64,000 bases of DNA from the NCBI GenBank assembly GCA_963792585.1, contig CAWBWI010000004.1, positions 224,001 to 288,000 of the forward strand, given 5' to 3'. This DNA comes from Candidatus Eiseniibacteriota bacterium. Its GTDB lineage: Bacteria; Eisenbacteria; RBG-16-71-46; CAIMUX01; VGJL01. Position numbers and translations under genes: made by a program. Position 1 is the stretch's first letter. The number at the start of each line of letters is the position of its first letter. The notes beneath the pieces were generated by a model. That model did not search any database. It saw only the letters and a list, made by a program, of their open reading frames with translations, and was not told the DNA's origin. Below are positions 9,698 to 20,085 of the stretch, one piece after another.

Positions 9698-12600
9698 TCA
9701 GACAACCTCGACGAATTCGATGAACACGAGCCGCCGGTCCTTCTTCGTCGGGAACCGGTCGTAGGGCGACGCGTCGTCCACGAGGTACTCCTCGTATTCC
9801 GCGATGGCGAGGCGGTAACGTGCGCCGTCGTGGGGGACCTCAGGAAGCGTCACGGACCCATCCCAGAGGACCGGCGTGACAAAGATGTGGTCGATCAGAT
9901 CCTCATCGAGGATGGCCTCGAATTCGCGGTGGATCATCAGATCGGAAGCGCGGGAGCGCACATGTGCGACCGCCGGCTTCGACACGATATCGGGACGCGC
10001 GAGCACGTTCGCTCGTCGGTCCTGCACGATCGCGTCGGGGACGCGTTTCCAACCGAAGTCCTCCCCCAACGAGGCATCGAGCCGCTCCACCCAGACTTCC
10101 ACGACGCTCGATGGCGCCACGCTCGGCGCGTGCAGATCGAGGATCGTACCGTCGGGGAGGCGCTGGCTTGCCGCCGGCGCGCGGACCGCCTCCACGTGGC
10201 CGCTCGAGTCCGTGAAGGTATGCCCGAAGACCTTCACAAGCCGTGTCCGCCGCTCGCGCGTTTGGGTCACATTCAGCCAGCGATCCGGCACCAGCGGCAT
10301 GAAATCGGCCAGGACCACGTTCGACAGGTGGGCGCCGTGAAGGGCGACCGGCTGGTAGCGGGCCAGGGCCAGCCGGACGAACGGAAAATAGGCCGCGCCC
10401 CATGCGACCTCGATGTCGCAATACCAGAGCTTCCGCTCATCATCGTAGTGAACGTCGTGCGGGGCGATGTCGACCACCGTGTCCGCGGTCGGGCTGCGCA
10501 ACTCGGGATGTTCGAGCCCCGTCGTCTGAAACGGTCCCGCGGGCTGATCCGCCTCTTCCGCCGGCGCGAAGGTCGGCAGCCACTTCCCGTCCGGGTCAGC
10601 GGCTGTGCGCGCGAGCGGGAAGCTCCCGCGCCCCGGCGAGGAGCCCGACACGAATGGACTGAGCCAGATCGGATCGTTGCCCCATTGCGTCACGAAGTTC
10701 TTGAGCGGCTGTCCCGTGGGCTTGTCGTTCGGATCGTCCTTGAACGCCGCGCCGGGCAGCACGACGGCCAGCATCTCCCCGTAACCGGAGGCATTCCAGT
10801 TCCGGTTCAGGTAGACGCGCAGGCCCCCGCCCCGACGCCAGCTGGTCTTCCTCGCCTCGTCGCCTGAACGCACCCAGCCGAAGGTTGGCACGACATAGAG
10901 CACCTCCGGCGCCGGCGGCGGCGCAGAGCACGGTATCCACGTCCGCAGCTTCGGACCGACGACCTTGATGTTCTCCTCCGTCGTCCGTGTCTCGCCCCCG
11001 ACCACCTCCGTCAGAAGGCTCGCCGGCAAGAACTCACGAAACTTCGAGGTCGCCTCGATCCAGTATTCGATCCTCCGGTACCGTGTGTCGTGGAACTCGT
11101 GCATCTTCTGCGGTAGACGGTCATGAATCCGTCTCCCGACCCCGATGAGATCGGTCCCCTGCGGGATGTAGTCCGGGTTGCCCGCGTAGGACTTCGCATC
11201 GGTGATCTTGACCGAGAACGCGTGGTCCATGCGCGCGCGATTCTCGAGCACGTCCGCCTCACCGTCCTCGAACGGATCATTCCAGTTGGCGCGCAGATCG
11301 ATCCGATCGGTGCTCGCGATGCTGCACGGGGCGATGAAACTCGGCAGGGCGAACGTCGCATTGTCATGACGCTCCACGGTGAGCTTCATCAGTTCCGGCG
11401 TGATGAGCGGCCGCTGGACCGCGTGGACGAGTTCGATGTTGCGCCAGGGCGTGAGCATCCAGTGCTGCCCACGGCGCGCGAGCTTCTCGAGGGTGGTCGG
11501 CTGACCGTTGATGACGACCGTCTTCGTCTGCTGGGCGGCCGTCAGCCAGTTCCAGACGCCCAGAATCCGCAGTGCTTCGTCGTTTGGTCGGACGCTGAGA
11601 CGCAACGTGCAGCGCGACGCCTTCGGGAGTGGGATGAAGAGCGTACGCGCCGCGGCATCGTAATGCGGCGCCTCCCCGGGATCGTCGTAGATCTCGACCT
11701 TGAAGGGCAGCGCATCCGGCCACCCCGTGCCGTCGTAGAGTGGGATCGAGAGCAGCTTGCTGTCGGGAAAGCTCGGGTGATCGAAGATCCTCGCCGCGAT
11801 CTCCATCGCGAGCGGATCGGGGATGTACGGCAGCGCATCGCCATCGATCAGGGCGGCATAACCCGCCTCCACCGGTGCGCCCCCGGCCAGCGGACCCGCG
11901 GTGAGGATCTTCTCCTCGGGGAGGGAGTCGTCCTTCGCCGCGAGCATCGCGAAGAAGGCCGGATCCACGATCCCGGCGGCATCGAGCATCCCGTGCTGCT
12001 CCGCATCGCGCTGCGTGATCCGGCTCGGCACGGAGAATCGGCGCGCCCTCTGCACCGTCGGAACGACGTTCAATGGTGGAGTGTCGTTGAAGCTGCGAAT
12101 GGCCATCCGCTCCATCGACTCGCCCTCGGCCGGCGCGTCGATCGTCGCGGGCGTCGGCTTCACGAGCGCGATGGCGGGAGCCGAGATCGGCTCGTAGCGG
12201 TAGTAGGGCTGGGCGAGATTCTTCGGCGGCTCGGAACCGAAGTCCTTCGGCTGCAACGCCAGCGAGTTTCCCGCGAGATCGACCACGCGCGCGCGGAGCC
12301 GGTAGCTGCGGCCGTATCGCAACCTCGGCAACGAACCCGCCACGGCCTTGAACGCGCTCTTGAGCCGCAACCCAGGGGGCACCTCCGCCTCGGCGTCGGT
12401 CACCGGATCGCTGTGGTCGGTCGGATCGTGCGCGATTGTCCTGCCGGGCGCCGGCGCGCACAGGCTCCACCCAGGCCAGGCGACGAGCGTCTCGTGCAGC
12501 CATATGATGTCCGGGTTGCTCGCCGGATCGGGGGATGTCGTCGCCGCGAGCCGCACCGTGCCCTCTTCCTCCGGCACATTGATGACGGCCGCGCCACCGT

Positions 12601-14047
12601 CGACTTCATAGTTCGCCTGCCTCCGGCAGAGGGAGTGCCAGCGACCGGAAACACTATCCCAGATGTCGACGCGATACCCGCGCACCAGGTCCTCGGCATG
12701 GAGCGCCGGAGGAGGGGGCGGATTCGGGACGCCCTGCCGGATCTTCTCGGCGGCGGCGTTGAACTGCGCCTGACGCGCGATCGCATTCTTGAGCATGTCG
12801 GCGCGCTGCGTGTGGACGAGGACGAGTCCGGCGTTGCGGAGCGCCGGCGCCCCGAGCTCCCGCTTCTGTTTCGTCACCGGGTCCGTCTGGTGGTCCGGTT
12901 CCCCTCGCATGGTCAGCAAGGACCTCGCGAAGTTCGTCACCTTGAGACCCGCCCCGTCCACATCGGTCTGGACGAAGCGGAACGTATTGGGATCGAGATC
13001 GAGGAGGCCGTCCGCGACCCGAAAGTCCCCCGGCTTCGGGGCTGGTCTCGGCACCGCCTGAAAGCGACTGCCGTCGAGAAGCGTGTGGGTCCGCGGCGAC
13101 GCGTCCGGCATGCGCTCCACGTCGGGTGAGCCCTGCGGAAGCTCCACCTCGACCCAGAGCAGGGCGTCCGGCGCCGGGGGGAACGCGTCCCGCGCGATGA
13201 GCAGATCCACCGTGAGGCCGAGCCGTCTCAGAAGCGTCGGATACTGATTCATCGCTGCGACGATCCGATGGAAGTCGATCTGGTTCTGGAACTCGGCCGG
13301 CTTCGGAAGTTCCGTCCGTTCGTAGCCGAGCCACTCCGCCCGCGATCTCGCTTCCTCCGGAGGAACGTCGTACCGGTCGCGCCTCGGCGTCGAGGGGGGC
13401 GTGTGGAAGAGCTGGAAGCGCGCGAGATCGGAGGGGAGGTTACGCTTGTCGAACGCGTGGTTCTTGAACGCAGCGAACTGTCTCGCGGGATTCCGGACCG
13501 CGGTGAATCGCCCCGTCTTGCGATCGCGCTTGCGGTCGACGAACTCTTCATCCAGGCGTGCCACGGCATTCAGCACCTCGCCCCATGCCGGGTCATCGAG
13601 GAAGGCGGAGGCCTCCGGCAGTTGATCCGACGCCGAGGCCGCAAGCCGGCTGTAGAGGCCCCGGACCAACGCGTCCATCTCCACGGCCGGATACGAGAGC
13701 ACGGAATGCTGCGAGAGGTCCCGGAATTGGAAGCCCTGCACGAACGTCTCCTTCGGAAACAGGGCGGTCCACACGACGGAGTCGGGCAGGCCGAGTCGGT
13801 CCCCGACGCGGGTCGGCCCCTGGAAGTCGTGCCCGGAGATGGTCACGGCAGGGGCCGCACCGAAGTGCACCGTGAAGCGCGCTTGCGCGAGCGTCGCCGG
13901 CCAGTCCTCGAAGTCGGGAAACTCCTGCAGCTCCGGGTTGGCGCTCGGCTCGAGCCGCGGGGAAACCATCACCGACAACCGGAGCGAGCGACCGTCATCG
14001 CTATAGCCGTTGGGCAGCGCGGTCCAGAGAGTGGTTTGCTTGGCCAT
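9698..14047 (-). CDS. Giant hypothetical protein (~1449 aa) with FN3/Ig-like beta-sandwich motifs
   Basis: Long uninterrupted ORF. ATG 1 nt after the upstream stop, with GGAGG SD. LPRLRYGRSYRLRARVVDLAGNS resembles an FN3-type strand. No signal peptide evident. Confidence 0.8.
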   Translation of the reverse strand: MAKQTTLWTALPNGYSDDGRSLRLSVMVSPRLEPSANPELQEFPDFEDWPATLAQARFTVHFGAAPAVTISGHDFQGPTRVGDRLGLPDSVVWTALFPKETFVQGFQFRDLSQHSVLSYPAVEMDALVRGLYSRLAASASDQLPEASAFLDDPAWGEVLNAVARLDEEFVDRKRDRKTGRFTAVRNPARQFAAFKNHAFDKRNLPSDLARFQLFHTPPSTPRRDRYDVPPEEARSRAEWLGYERTELPKPAEFQNQIDFHRIVAAMNQYPTLLRRLGLTVDLLIARDAFPPAPDALLWVEVELPQGSPDVERMPDASPRTHTLLDGSRFQAVPRPAPKPGDFRVADGLLDLDPNTFRFVQTDVDGAGLKVTNFARSLLTMRGEPDHQTDPVTKQKRELGAPALRNAGLVLVHTQRADMLKNAIARQAQFNAAAEKIRQGVPNPPPPPALHAEDLVRGYRVDIWDSVSGRWHSLCRRQANYEVDGGAAVINVPEEEGTVRLAATTSPDPASNPDIIWLHETLVAWPGWSLCAPAPGRTIAHDPTDHSDPVTDAEAEVPPGLRLKSAFKAVAGSLPRLRYGRSYRLRARVVDLAGNSLALQPKDFGSEPPKNLAQPYYRYEPISAPAIALVKPTPATIDAPAEGESMERMAIRSFNDTPPLNVVPTVQRARRFSVPSRITQRDAEQHGMLDAAGIVDPAFFAMLAAKDDSLPEEKILTAGPLAGGAPVEAGYAALIDGDALPYIPDPLAMEIAARIFDHPSFPDSKLLSIPLYDGTGWPDALPFKVEIYDDPGEAPHYDAAARTLFIPLPKASRCTLRLSVRPNDEALRILGVWNWLTAAQQTKTVVINGQPTTLEKLARRGQHWMLTPWRNIELVHAVQRPLITPELMKLTVERHDNATFALPSFIAPCSIASTDRIDLRANWNDPFEDGEADVLENRARMDHAFSVKITDAKSYAGNPDYIPQGTDLIGVGRRIHDRLPQKMHEFHDTRYRRIEYWIEATSKFREFLPASLLTEVVGGETRTTEENIKVVGPKLRTWIPCSAPPPAPEVLYVVPTFGWVRSGDEARKTSWRRGGGLRVYLNRNWNASGYGEMLAVVLPGAAFKDDPNDKPTGQPLKNFVTQWGNDPIWLSPFVSGSSPGRGSFPLARTAADPDGKWLPTFAPAEEADQPAGPFQTTGLEHPELRSPTADTVVDIAPHDVHYDDERKLWYCDIEVAWGAAYFPFVRLALARYQPVALHGAHLSNVVLADFMPLVPDRWLNVTQTRERRTRLVKVFGHTFTDSSGHVEAVRAPAASQRLPDGTILDLHAPSVAPSSVVEVWVERLDASLGEDFGWKRVPDAIVQDRRANVLARPDIVSKPAVAHVRSRASDLMIHREFEAILDEDLIDHIFVTPVLWDGSVTLPEVPHDGARYRLAIAEYEEYLVDDASPYDRFPTKKDRRLVFIEFVEVV

Positions 14048-14048
14048 G

Positions 14049-17000
14049 TCAGGCAGCCTCCGTCGCGAATGCTCCGCAGTAGTCATTCCAGGTCGCTTGG
14101 TCGGGGATGAGCTCGATGAACTTCGGATCGCCCTCTGACCCCCCGAACTCGCGCCGGCACTTCACCGACACGCTGAAGCTGAGGAAGAGGACTTCGATCT
14201 CGACCTCGAGCGTCGCCTCGCCCCACATGACCGACTTTCCACCCTCTTTGAGGTAGGCGAGCTGGAGATTGAAGGTCAAAGATGCCGAGATGAGTCCGAG
14301 AACGGAGAGCTCCCCGTGCAGCCGCACGTAGCCCGCAAGCTCCACCGACGCCGTCTGCCAGTGGAAGTAGACGCCCGCCTTGATTTCCACGCTTCCGCTG
14401 GCAACGCCGAGATTGATCGAGAGCGCCGCGCCGAACTCGAGCGCCGCCTCGATCTCGCGGACCCCTTCGGTTCCGACGCAGATCGCGAAGAACCCACCCC
14501 CGCCCAGCAAGGACACCGTGAGACTGAACGGCCGCTGCCGCTCGGCGAAGTTGAATCGCACTTCCGCCGGCTTCCCGTCGAAGGGGAGCAGGAATCCCGC
14601 TCCCAGGGAGAGGTGCTCGAGGGCGAAGATGCCCACGCTCAGGTTCGGGATGTTCACCGAGTAGCTCGCCTTGATCCCGCTTGGCGTGACCGACAGTGCG
14701 GGAGGATCGCTGAAGCCGTTCGACGGGATGATCTTCCGGATCTCGTTGACGAACTCGAGCGGCCCGCCGAATGCGATCGCTTCGTCGCCGGGGTGGAGAT
14801 CGACTGCGACATCAGGCTTCGCCCCCGTCCTCGCGTTGAATTCGAGTCTGTCGAACCAGACGGCGACGAAGCCGAAGAGATTGACCTTGAAGTGCACGAT
14901 CGACGCCGTCGCGTTGAAAGTCGTCGCCGCTGGATTTGCGGTCGGCGCGCTGACCAGGCCGTGCATCTCCATCAGCGATGCTCCGCCCGCGTCGGGGACG
15001 AAGAGCCCGAGCGGATCGGACTTCTTGATCCTCGTGCTCCAGTCGAAGCGCGCCTCGATCTTGTCGGGGAGCTGCTTGCTCAGGAGCTTCGGCACGTCCG
15101 CTCCGGCCAGTGAGGTGGCCACCTCGAGGATCGTCCCGAGATCGACCCCGCCGAGGATCTTCGCGCCCTGGAAGAAGTCGGCCGGGTTGAACGTGTTGCC
15201 GATGACGTTGCCGAGGGCGGACTCGATATCCACCGGATTCGCAGGCGGCTTGGCCGCGACCGGCCCCATGATTCGTGAAAGACCCTGAATTGCCATGCCC
15301 GGCGTCGCCAGCCCGCCAAGCGCATCGCTCTTCACCTGCTCGCCGAACTGGAGCGGGAACGGCTCGAGCAGCTTCAGGAACAACTCGCCTGAGTTCCCTG
15401 CCCCGAAGCCGCCGGACGTCGTGTTGTAACGATCGGGGTAGGCCACACCCACGGTCGCGTCGGGCTTCTGCAGCAGTCGCTGGATCGCTGCGATCCCCAC
15501 GCGCGCGCGCTCGATCTCGGGATAGAATTGCGCCTCGTCGGTCGAGACGCCGCTCACGTTCGCCGCCCGGAAGACCAGCTCCTCCGTCGGCAGCCGCGGA
15601 TCCCCTTCCGCGCCGGGCTTGATCGGCGCGTAGCACACCGACGCGTTGCCGAGCGATGCGCGCCGCCGCGGATTGGCCGGTGTGAGGTTGTTCTGCTTGA
15701 TGATCTCCGCGATCACTTGCGGCTTCTCGTTGGCTTCCGAGCCGACGAAGAGCAACGGCATCGCAAAGGTCACGCGGGCGCCGCTGAGATCGGTCGCCGC
15801 GATCTGGAACAGGAAGTTGTTCGCGGGGCTGATCATCGGCCAGAAACACGCCCGGCGGGGCACGCCCGTCCCGGGGTTGTAGATGATGTTCCCGGGATCG
15901 GTGAGCTGGCATTCAGGCTTGTCCGGCGCCCGGAGGCTGGGGGTGACGCGCGTGAGGATCTCCACGTCCGTGAACGGGAAGTTCCGCCCCTCGAACTGAT
16001 GCCCCGCCCCGGTATAGTGTTTCCGGGGCTCGCGCACGATGATGAAGAAGCGCTGCCGCAGCACCGCCACGCGGTTCTTCGTCCCCGGGATGGACTCGAA
16101 CTTCCGCTCGGTCACCTTCACGAGCGAGGCCGCGTGCCGCAGGTCCTTCAGGAAGCCGCGATAGACGACGCGCACGTAGTGGTCGCGCCCCAGTGTAGCG
16201 ACGTGCCGCCACTCCTCGAGGCCGACTCCCATCGGCGCGGGCGGCTCCCAGTTGCCCTCCGCGTCGAGCAGCGCGCCGAGCGAGGAAAGGGCGAGCCGCC
16301 GCGCCCGGGCGGTGTGCGGACGGAAGGTGTGCCCGTGGCTGTCCAGTTCATCGAAGCCGGACATCAGCTTCACGAGCATCTCGCGGTCCAGGGGGTCGAG
16401 ACTCATCCGGAACGGCTTCAAGTCGTTCACGATGCCGACGATGTTCTCGAGTTGGTAGTCGGGCGACCAGAGTGCGCGGATAGCCGTCGCGGTATCCGGC
16501 CCGACATCGGCGGCGGACCCCGTGAGCCGGGTGTGCCACAGCTCGGTCCGGCCGTTGCGCTCTTGCGGCACCGTCCGGTGGTGCCAGCGCGACTCCGGGA
16601 CGGGGGAGAGGATCAGTCGGTATGGAAGCTCGAGCGCCGTCACATTGCCCGCCGGCTTGTGCGGGCCGAAGACGATCGGGAGGAATGGGAAGTCGTGGAT
16701 CTTGTCGATGATCGACGCGCCGACCCGATGCGCCGCAACCGCCTGCGTCGTCGTCAACGACAACGCGGCCGCGGCGGTCCTACGTCGGTCCGCGTCGCGC
16801 AGTGGCTCGAACCGTGCGCCCAGGACGTCGAGTTCCTCCTCCATCGCGTGGCGCAACGCCCCCGCGATGTCGCCCGCGCCGGCGTTGACCGCTTCGATCG
16901 CCTTGGTCGCGATGCGGCGCGCGGCCCCTGCGATCGAATGCTGGACCGCCTGAGCGCCCCCCAGACCGTCCACCAGGTCCTGTGTCGCCTGCGCCCACCC

Positions 17001-17744
17001 GCCCGATGCGACGACGCTGGCGAGCCATCGATCGTGGACGCCGAACTCCTTGAGCTGGAAACGCGGAGGATCGGGCACGGCGTTTATGTCCAGACGCATC
17101 GGCCACCGCCTGCACGCATCGAGGAGCGCCTCGATCGTGAAGGGAAGTTCCGCTTCGTCGGCAGGCATCGCAAAGGCAAGGCGGCTGTGACCCGCCATGC
17201 GGATCCTCGTGGACGGCATCGCCGGCAGTGGTTGGCCCGGCGAGGCCACATTCTTCGGGTCCACCGCCCCGGTCGTTTCCTTGAACTTGTCCTGACCGGT
17301 CGGGTTGCTCGGAACCTCGGGCCCGGTCGCATCGAGGAACGCTTCCTCGCCGAAACTCTGGGGCGGGAACTCGACGATCAGCGTCGCGGTGCCCGCAGGC
17401 TCCTTGCGCAGCAGTTTCGGTGCGCCATCCCCGACGGTCTCGAGGCGGAGATTCTCGAAGATGAAATCGCAGACCAGAAGGTCGTCAGGACGCATGTACG
17501 GGATGCGGAACTCCACCGGCAAGCGGGCCTTGCCGAGTTGGTCCCAGATCGCGCCTAGATCGACGAAGGACGCCGCGTCGGTGGCCGCGGCCGCAATCGC
17601 CGCTGAACGCGGCTTGGCCGCCGCGGCTTTCGCCGCACCATTCGGCTTGGAGGCCGCCTTCGCTGTTTGTGAGCGCTTGCCCGCAGACAACGTGGGAGAT
17701 TTCCTCTGCGCGGAATCTCGTTTGCGTGCTTTCTTCGCGGACAT
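14049..17744 (-). CDS. Giant hypothetical protein (1231 aa) with C-terminal amphipathic beta-strand region
   Basis: Long ORF with GGAGG SD. Lys/Ala-rich N-terminus. The last ~350 aa are alternating hydrophobic beta strands. Confidence 0.8.
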   Translation of the reverse strand: MSAKKARKRDSAQRKSPTLSAGKRSQTAKAASKPNGAAKAAAAKPRSAAIAAAATDAASFVDLGAIWDQLGKARLPVEFRIPYMRPDDLLVCDFIFENLRLETVGDGAPKLLRKEPAGTATLIVEFPPQSFGEEAFLDATGPEVPSNPTGQDKFKETTGAVDPKNVASPGQPLPAMPSTRIRMAGHSRLAFAMPADEAELPFTIEALLDACRRWPMRLDINAVPDPPRFQLKEFGVHDRWLASVVASGGWAQATQDLVDGLGGAQAVQHSIAGAARRIATKAIEAVNAGAGDIAGALRHAMEEELDVLGARFEPLRDADRRRTAAAALSLTTTQAVAAHRVGASIIDKIHDFPFLPIVFGPHKPAGNVTALELPYRLILSPVPESRWHHRTVPQERNGRTELWHTRLTGSAADVGPDTATAIRALWSPDYQLENIVGIVNDLKPFRMSLDPLDREMLVKLMSGFDELDSHGHTFRPHTARARRLALSSLGALLDAEGNWEPPAPMGVGLEEWRHVATLGRDHYVRVVYRGFLKDLRHAASLVKVTERKFESIPGTKNRVAVLRQRFFIIVREPRKHYTGAGHQFEGRNFPFTDVEILTRVTPSLRAPDKPECQLTDPGNIIYNPGTGVPRRACFWPMISPANNFLFQIAATDLSGARVTFAMPLLFVGSEANEKPQVIAEIIKQNNLTPANPRRRASLGNASVCYAPIKPGAEGDPRLPTEELVFRAANVSGVSTDEAQFYPEIERARVGIAAIQRLLQKPDATVGVAYPDRYNTTSGGFGAGNSGELFLKLLEPFPLQFGEQVKSDALGGLATPGMAIQGLSRIMGPVAAKPPANPVDIESALGNVIGNTFNPADFFQGAKILGGVDLGTILEVATSLAGADVPKLLSKQLPDKIEARFDWSTRIKKSDPLGLFVPDAGGASLMEMHGLVSAPTANPAATTFNATASIVHFKVNLFGFVAVWFDRLEFNARTGAKPDVAVDLHPGDEAIAFGGPLEFVNEIRKIIPSNGFSDPPALSVTPSGIKASYSVNIPNLSVGIFALEHLSLGAGFLLPFDGKPAEVRFNFAERQRPFSLTVSLLGGGGFFAICVGTEGVREIEAALEFGAALSINLGVASGSVEIKAGVYFHWQTASVELAGYVRLHGELSVLGLISASLTFNLQLAYLKEGGKSVMWGEATLEVEIEVLFLSFSVSVKCRREFGGSEGDPKFIELIPDQATWNDYCGAFATEAA

Positions 17745-17968
17745 CTAGCCTCCGTGCGCGGTCCGAAATCGGAATTGGGGCGCCTCTGCACCCTCGATCC
17801 CCTGCGCGGCAACGAAGGAGGATAGCGAATTCCCCTAATCGTGCATGGATCTCTTGGAGGAAGTGCGCGCCAGCAAACGATCGAATTCGCCGCATTCGTG
17901 AGAAACAAGGGGGCTTTGATGAAACGCGTCGATGGGACCGCAATCTGCGTCTCCGGCGCATGTTCGGC

Positions 17969-18007
17969 TTGCGTTCCTGCTACATGTCGTTATATTCCTA
18001 TTTAGGA
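17969..18007 (+). promoter_or_regulatory. Putative sigma70 promoter with overlapping AT-rich palindrome (candidate Fur/PerR operator)
   Basis: TTGCGT-N16-TATATT. TCCTA-TT-TAGGA inverted repeat at 17996-18007, upstream of perR-katA. Confidence 0.5.
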
Positions 18008-18028
18008 GTTAGCTGCAGATAGGAAGGT

Positions 18029-18541
18029 ATGGTGAATACGGACAAGACCACGCTCGAGCGAAGGCTCGAGCGATTCCGGGCCGCCGCCAGGGCGTCGGGC
18101 GTCAAGCTGACGCATCAGCGCCTCGAGATCTTTCGGGAGGTCGCAGCGAGCCTGGAACACCCCGATGCCGAGGAGATATTCCGCGGCGTTCAGGCGCGGA
18201 TGCCGACCGTCTCGCTCGACACGGTCTACAGGACCCTCTGGACGCTCAACGACCTTGGGCTCATCACGACACTGGGCCCACGTCGCCAGAGCGTGCGATT
18301 CGACGCCAACCTCGAGCCCCACCACCACTACATCTGCGTCCGGTGCGGGTCGGCGAGGGACTTCAAGAGCACGAAGCTCAACACGCTTCGCATCCCCGAC
18401 GCCGTGAAGGCTCTCGGCAGCGTCGTCCTCACGCAGGTCGAAGTCCGCGGCATCTGCGACAAGTGTTCGAGAGAACAACCCAGGGAATCAGGAGCCGGGA
18501 AAACCACAAGGCCGAAGGGCCGGGACAGGAAGCAATCATGA
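18029..18541 (+). CDS. perR: Fur-family regulator, PerR-like
   Basis: [48 protein letters not shown]. Coupled to catalase. Confidence 0.85.
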   Translation: MVNTDKTTLERRLERFRAAARASGVKLTHQRLEIFREVAASLEHPDAEEIFRGVQARMPTVSLDTVYRTLWTLNDLGLITTLGPRRQSVRFDANLEPHHHYICVRCGSARDFKSTKLNTLRIPDAVKALGSVVLTQVEVRGICDKCSREQPRESGAGKTTRPKGRDRKQS

Positions 18542-20004
18542 AGGGAAAGAAGAAGCTGACCACCAACGCGGGTGCGCCCGTCGCCGACAATCAAGACATC
18601 ATGACAGCGGGTCCCCGAGGGCCGGCGTTGTTGCAGGACATCTGGTACTTGGAGAAGCTCGCCCACTTCGATCGTGAGGTGATCCCCGAGCGCCGCATGC
18701 ACGCCAAGGGCTCGGGCGCATACGGGAGCTTCACGGTCACCCATGACATCACCAAGTACACCAAGGCCAAGATCTTCTCCGAGATCGGGAAGAAGACCGA
18801 TATGTTCGTGCGATTCTCGACGGTGGCCGGTGAGCGCGGCGCGGCCGACGCCGAGCGCGACATTCGCGGCTTTGCGATGAAGTTCTATACCGAGGAAGGG
18901 AACTGGGACCTCGTCGGCAACAACACGCCGGTCTTCTTCATGCGGGATCCGCTCAAGTTTCCGGACCTGAACCACGCGGTCAAACGCGACCCGCACACGA
19001 ACCTGCGCAGTGCCCAAAACAACTGGGACTTCTGGACCTCACTTCCCGAAGCACTGCACCAGATCACGATCACCATGAGTGACCGCGGGATTCCCTATTC
19101 CTACCGGCACATGCACGGCTTCGGTAGCCATACTTTCAGCCTCATCAACGCCGAGAACGAGCGCTTCTGGGTCAAGTTCCACCTGGTCTGTCAGCAAGGC
19201 ATCAAGAACCTGACCGACGCCGAATCCGAGGCGATCATCGCCAAGGACCGCGAGAGCCACCAGCGCGATCTGCTCGAGAGCATCGAGAAGGGCGACTTCC
19301 CACGCTGGAAGATGTTCATCCAGGTGATGCCTGAGAAGGACGCGGCGAACTGCCCCTACCACCCGTTCGACTTGACCAAGGTCTGGTTCCACAAGGACTA
19401 CCCGCTGATCGAGGTGGGCGTAATGGAACTCAACCGGAATCCGGAGAACTATTTTGCCGAGGTGGAGCAGGCGGCCTTCAACCCGGCCAATATCGTCCCC
19501 GGAATCGGCTTCTCCCCGGACAAGATGTTACAGGGTCGTCTGTTTTCCTACGGGGACGCCCAGCGCTATCGGCTCGGTGTCAACCACCACCTGATTCCGG
19601 TGAACGCATCACGCTGCCCCGTCCACAGCTACCACCGCGATGGCGCGATGCGGGTCGACGGCAATCACGGCGGCACTCTTGGCTACGAGCCCAACAGCTA
19701 CGGCGAGTGGCAGCAGCAGCCCGAGTTCGCCGAACCGCCGCTCGGTCTCGAAGGGCCCGCCGATCACTGGAACTATCGCCAGGACGATGACGATTACTTC
19801 TCGCAGCCGGGGCTCCTCTTCCGACTGATGAAGGCTGAGCAGAAGAGCGCCCTGTTCGAGAACACCGCCCGGTCCCTCGGGGACGCGCCCCAGGAGGTCA
19901 AGATCCGCCACATCGGCAATTGCATGAAGGCGGACCCCGCCTACGGTGAAGGGGTGGCAAATGCCCTCCGCATCCCGTTGGCCGAGGTCCGGAAGAGCGG
20001 CTAG
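18538..20004 (+). CDS. katA: Monofunctional heme catalase (small subunit)
   Basis: [45 protein letters not shown] overlap with perR. Confidence 0.97.
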   Translation: MKGKKKLTTNAGAPVADNQDIMTAGPRGPALLQDIWYLEKLAHFDREVIPERRMHAKGSGAYGSFTVTHDITKYTKAKIFSEIGKKTDMFVRFSTVAGERGAADAERDIRGFAMKFYTEEGNWDLVGNNTPVFFMRDPLKFPDLNHAVKRDPHTNLRSAQNNWDFWTSLPEALHQITITMSDRGIPYSYRHMHGFGSHTFSLINAENERFWVKFHLVCQQGIKNLTDAESEAIIAKDRESHQRDLLESIEKGDFPRWKMFIQVMPEKDAANCPYHPFDLTKVWFHKDYPLIEVGVMELNRNPENYFAEVEQAAFNPANIVPGIGFSPDKMLQGRLFSYGDAQRYRLGVNHHLIPVNASRCPVHSYHRDGAMRVDGNHGGTLGYEPNSYGEWQQQPEFAEPPLGLEGPADHWNYRQDDDDYFSQPGLLFRLMKAEQKSALFENTARSLGDAPQEVKIRHIGNCMKADPAYGEGVANALRIPLAEVRKSG

Positions 20005-20049
20005 ACCAAAGATCTGGGCGGCACGGATAGAAGTAGGTCGATCGACACG

Positions 20050-20081
20050 CGGCTCCAGGGGTTCCGAATCCCCTGGAGCCG
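20050..20081. terminator. Bidirectional terminator-like hairpin between convergent katA and GNAT genes
   Basis: Perfect 12-bp stem CGGCTCCAGGGG/CCCCTGGAGCCG. No strong U-tract. Confidence 0.6.
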
Positions 20082-20085
20082 AGGC

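Noticed and set aside
11123..17558. Long + strand ORFs (11123-13129, 15528-17558) and other antisense ORFs such as 24790-26841 and 5675-7081
   Set aside because: Shadow frames of GC-rich genes on the opposite strand, Arg/Gly/Pro-rich with no family motifs.
17750..17950. Riboswitch in the leader of the giant-protein operon
   Set aside because: No recognisable conserved aptamer motifs by eye. An Rfam scan would be needed.
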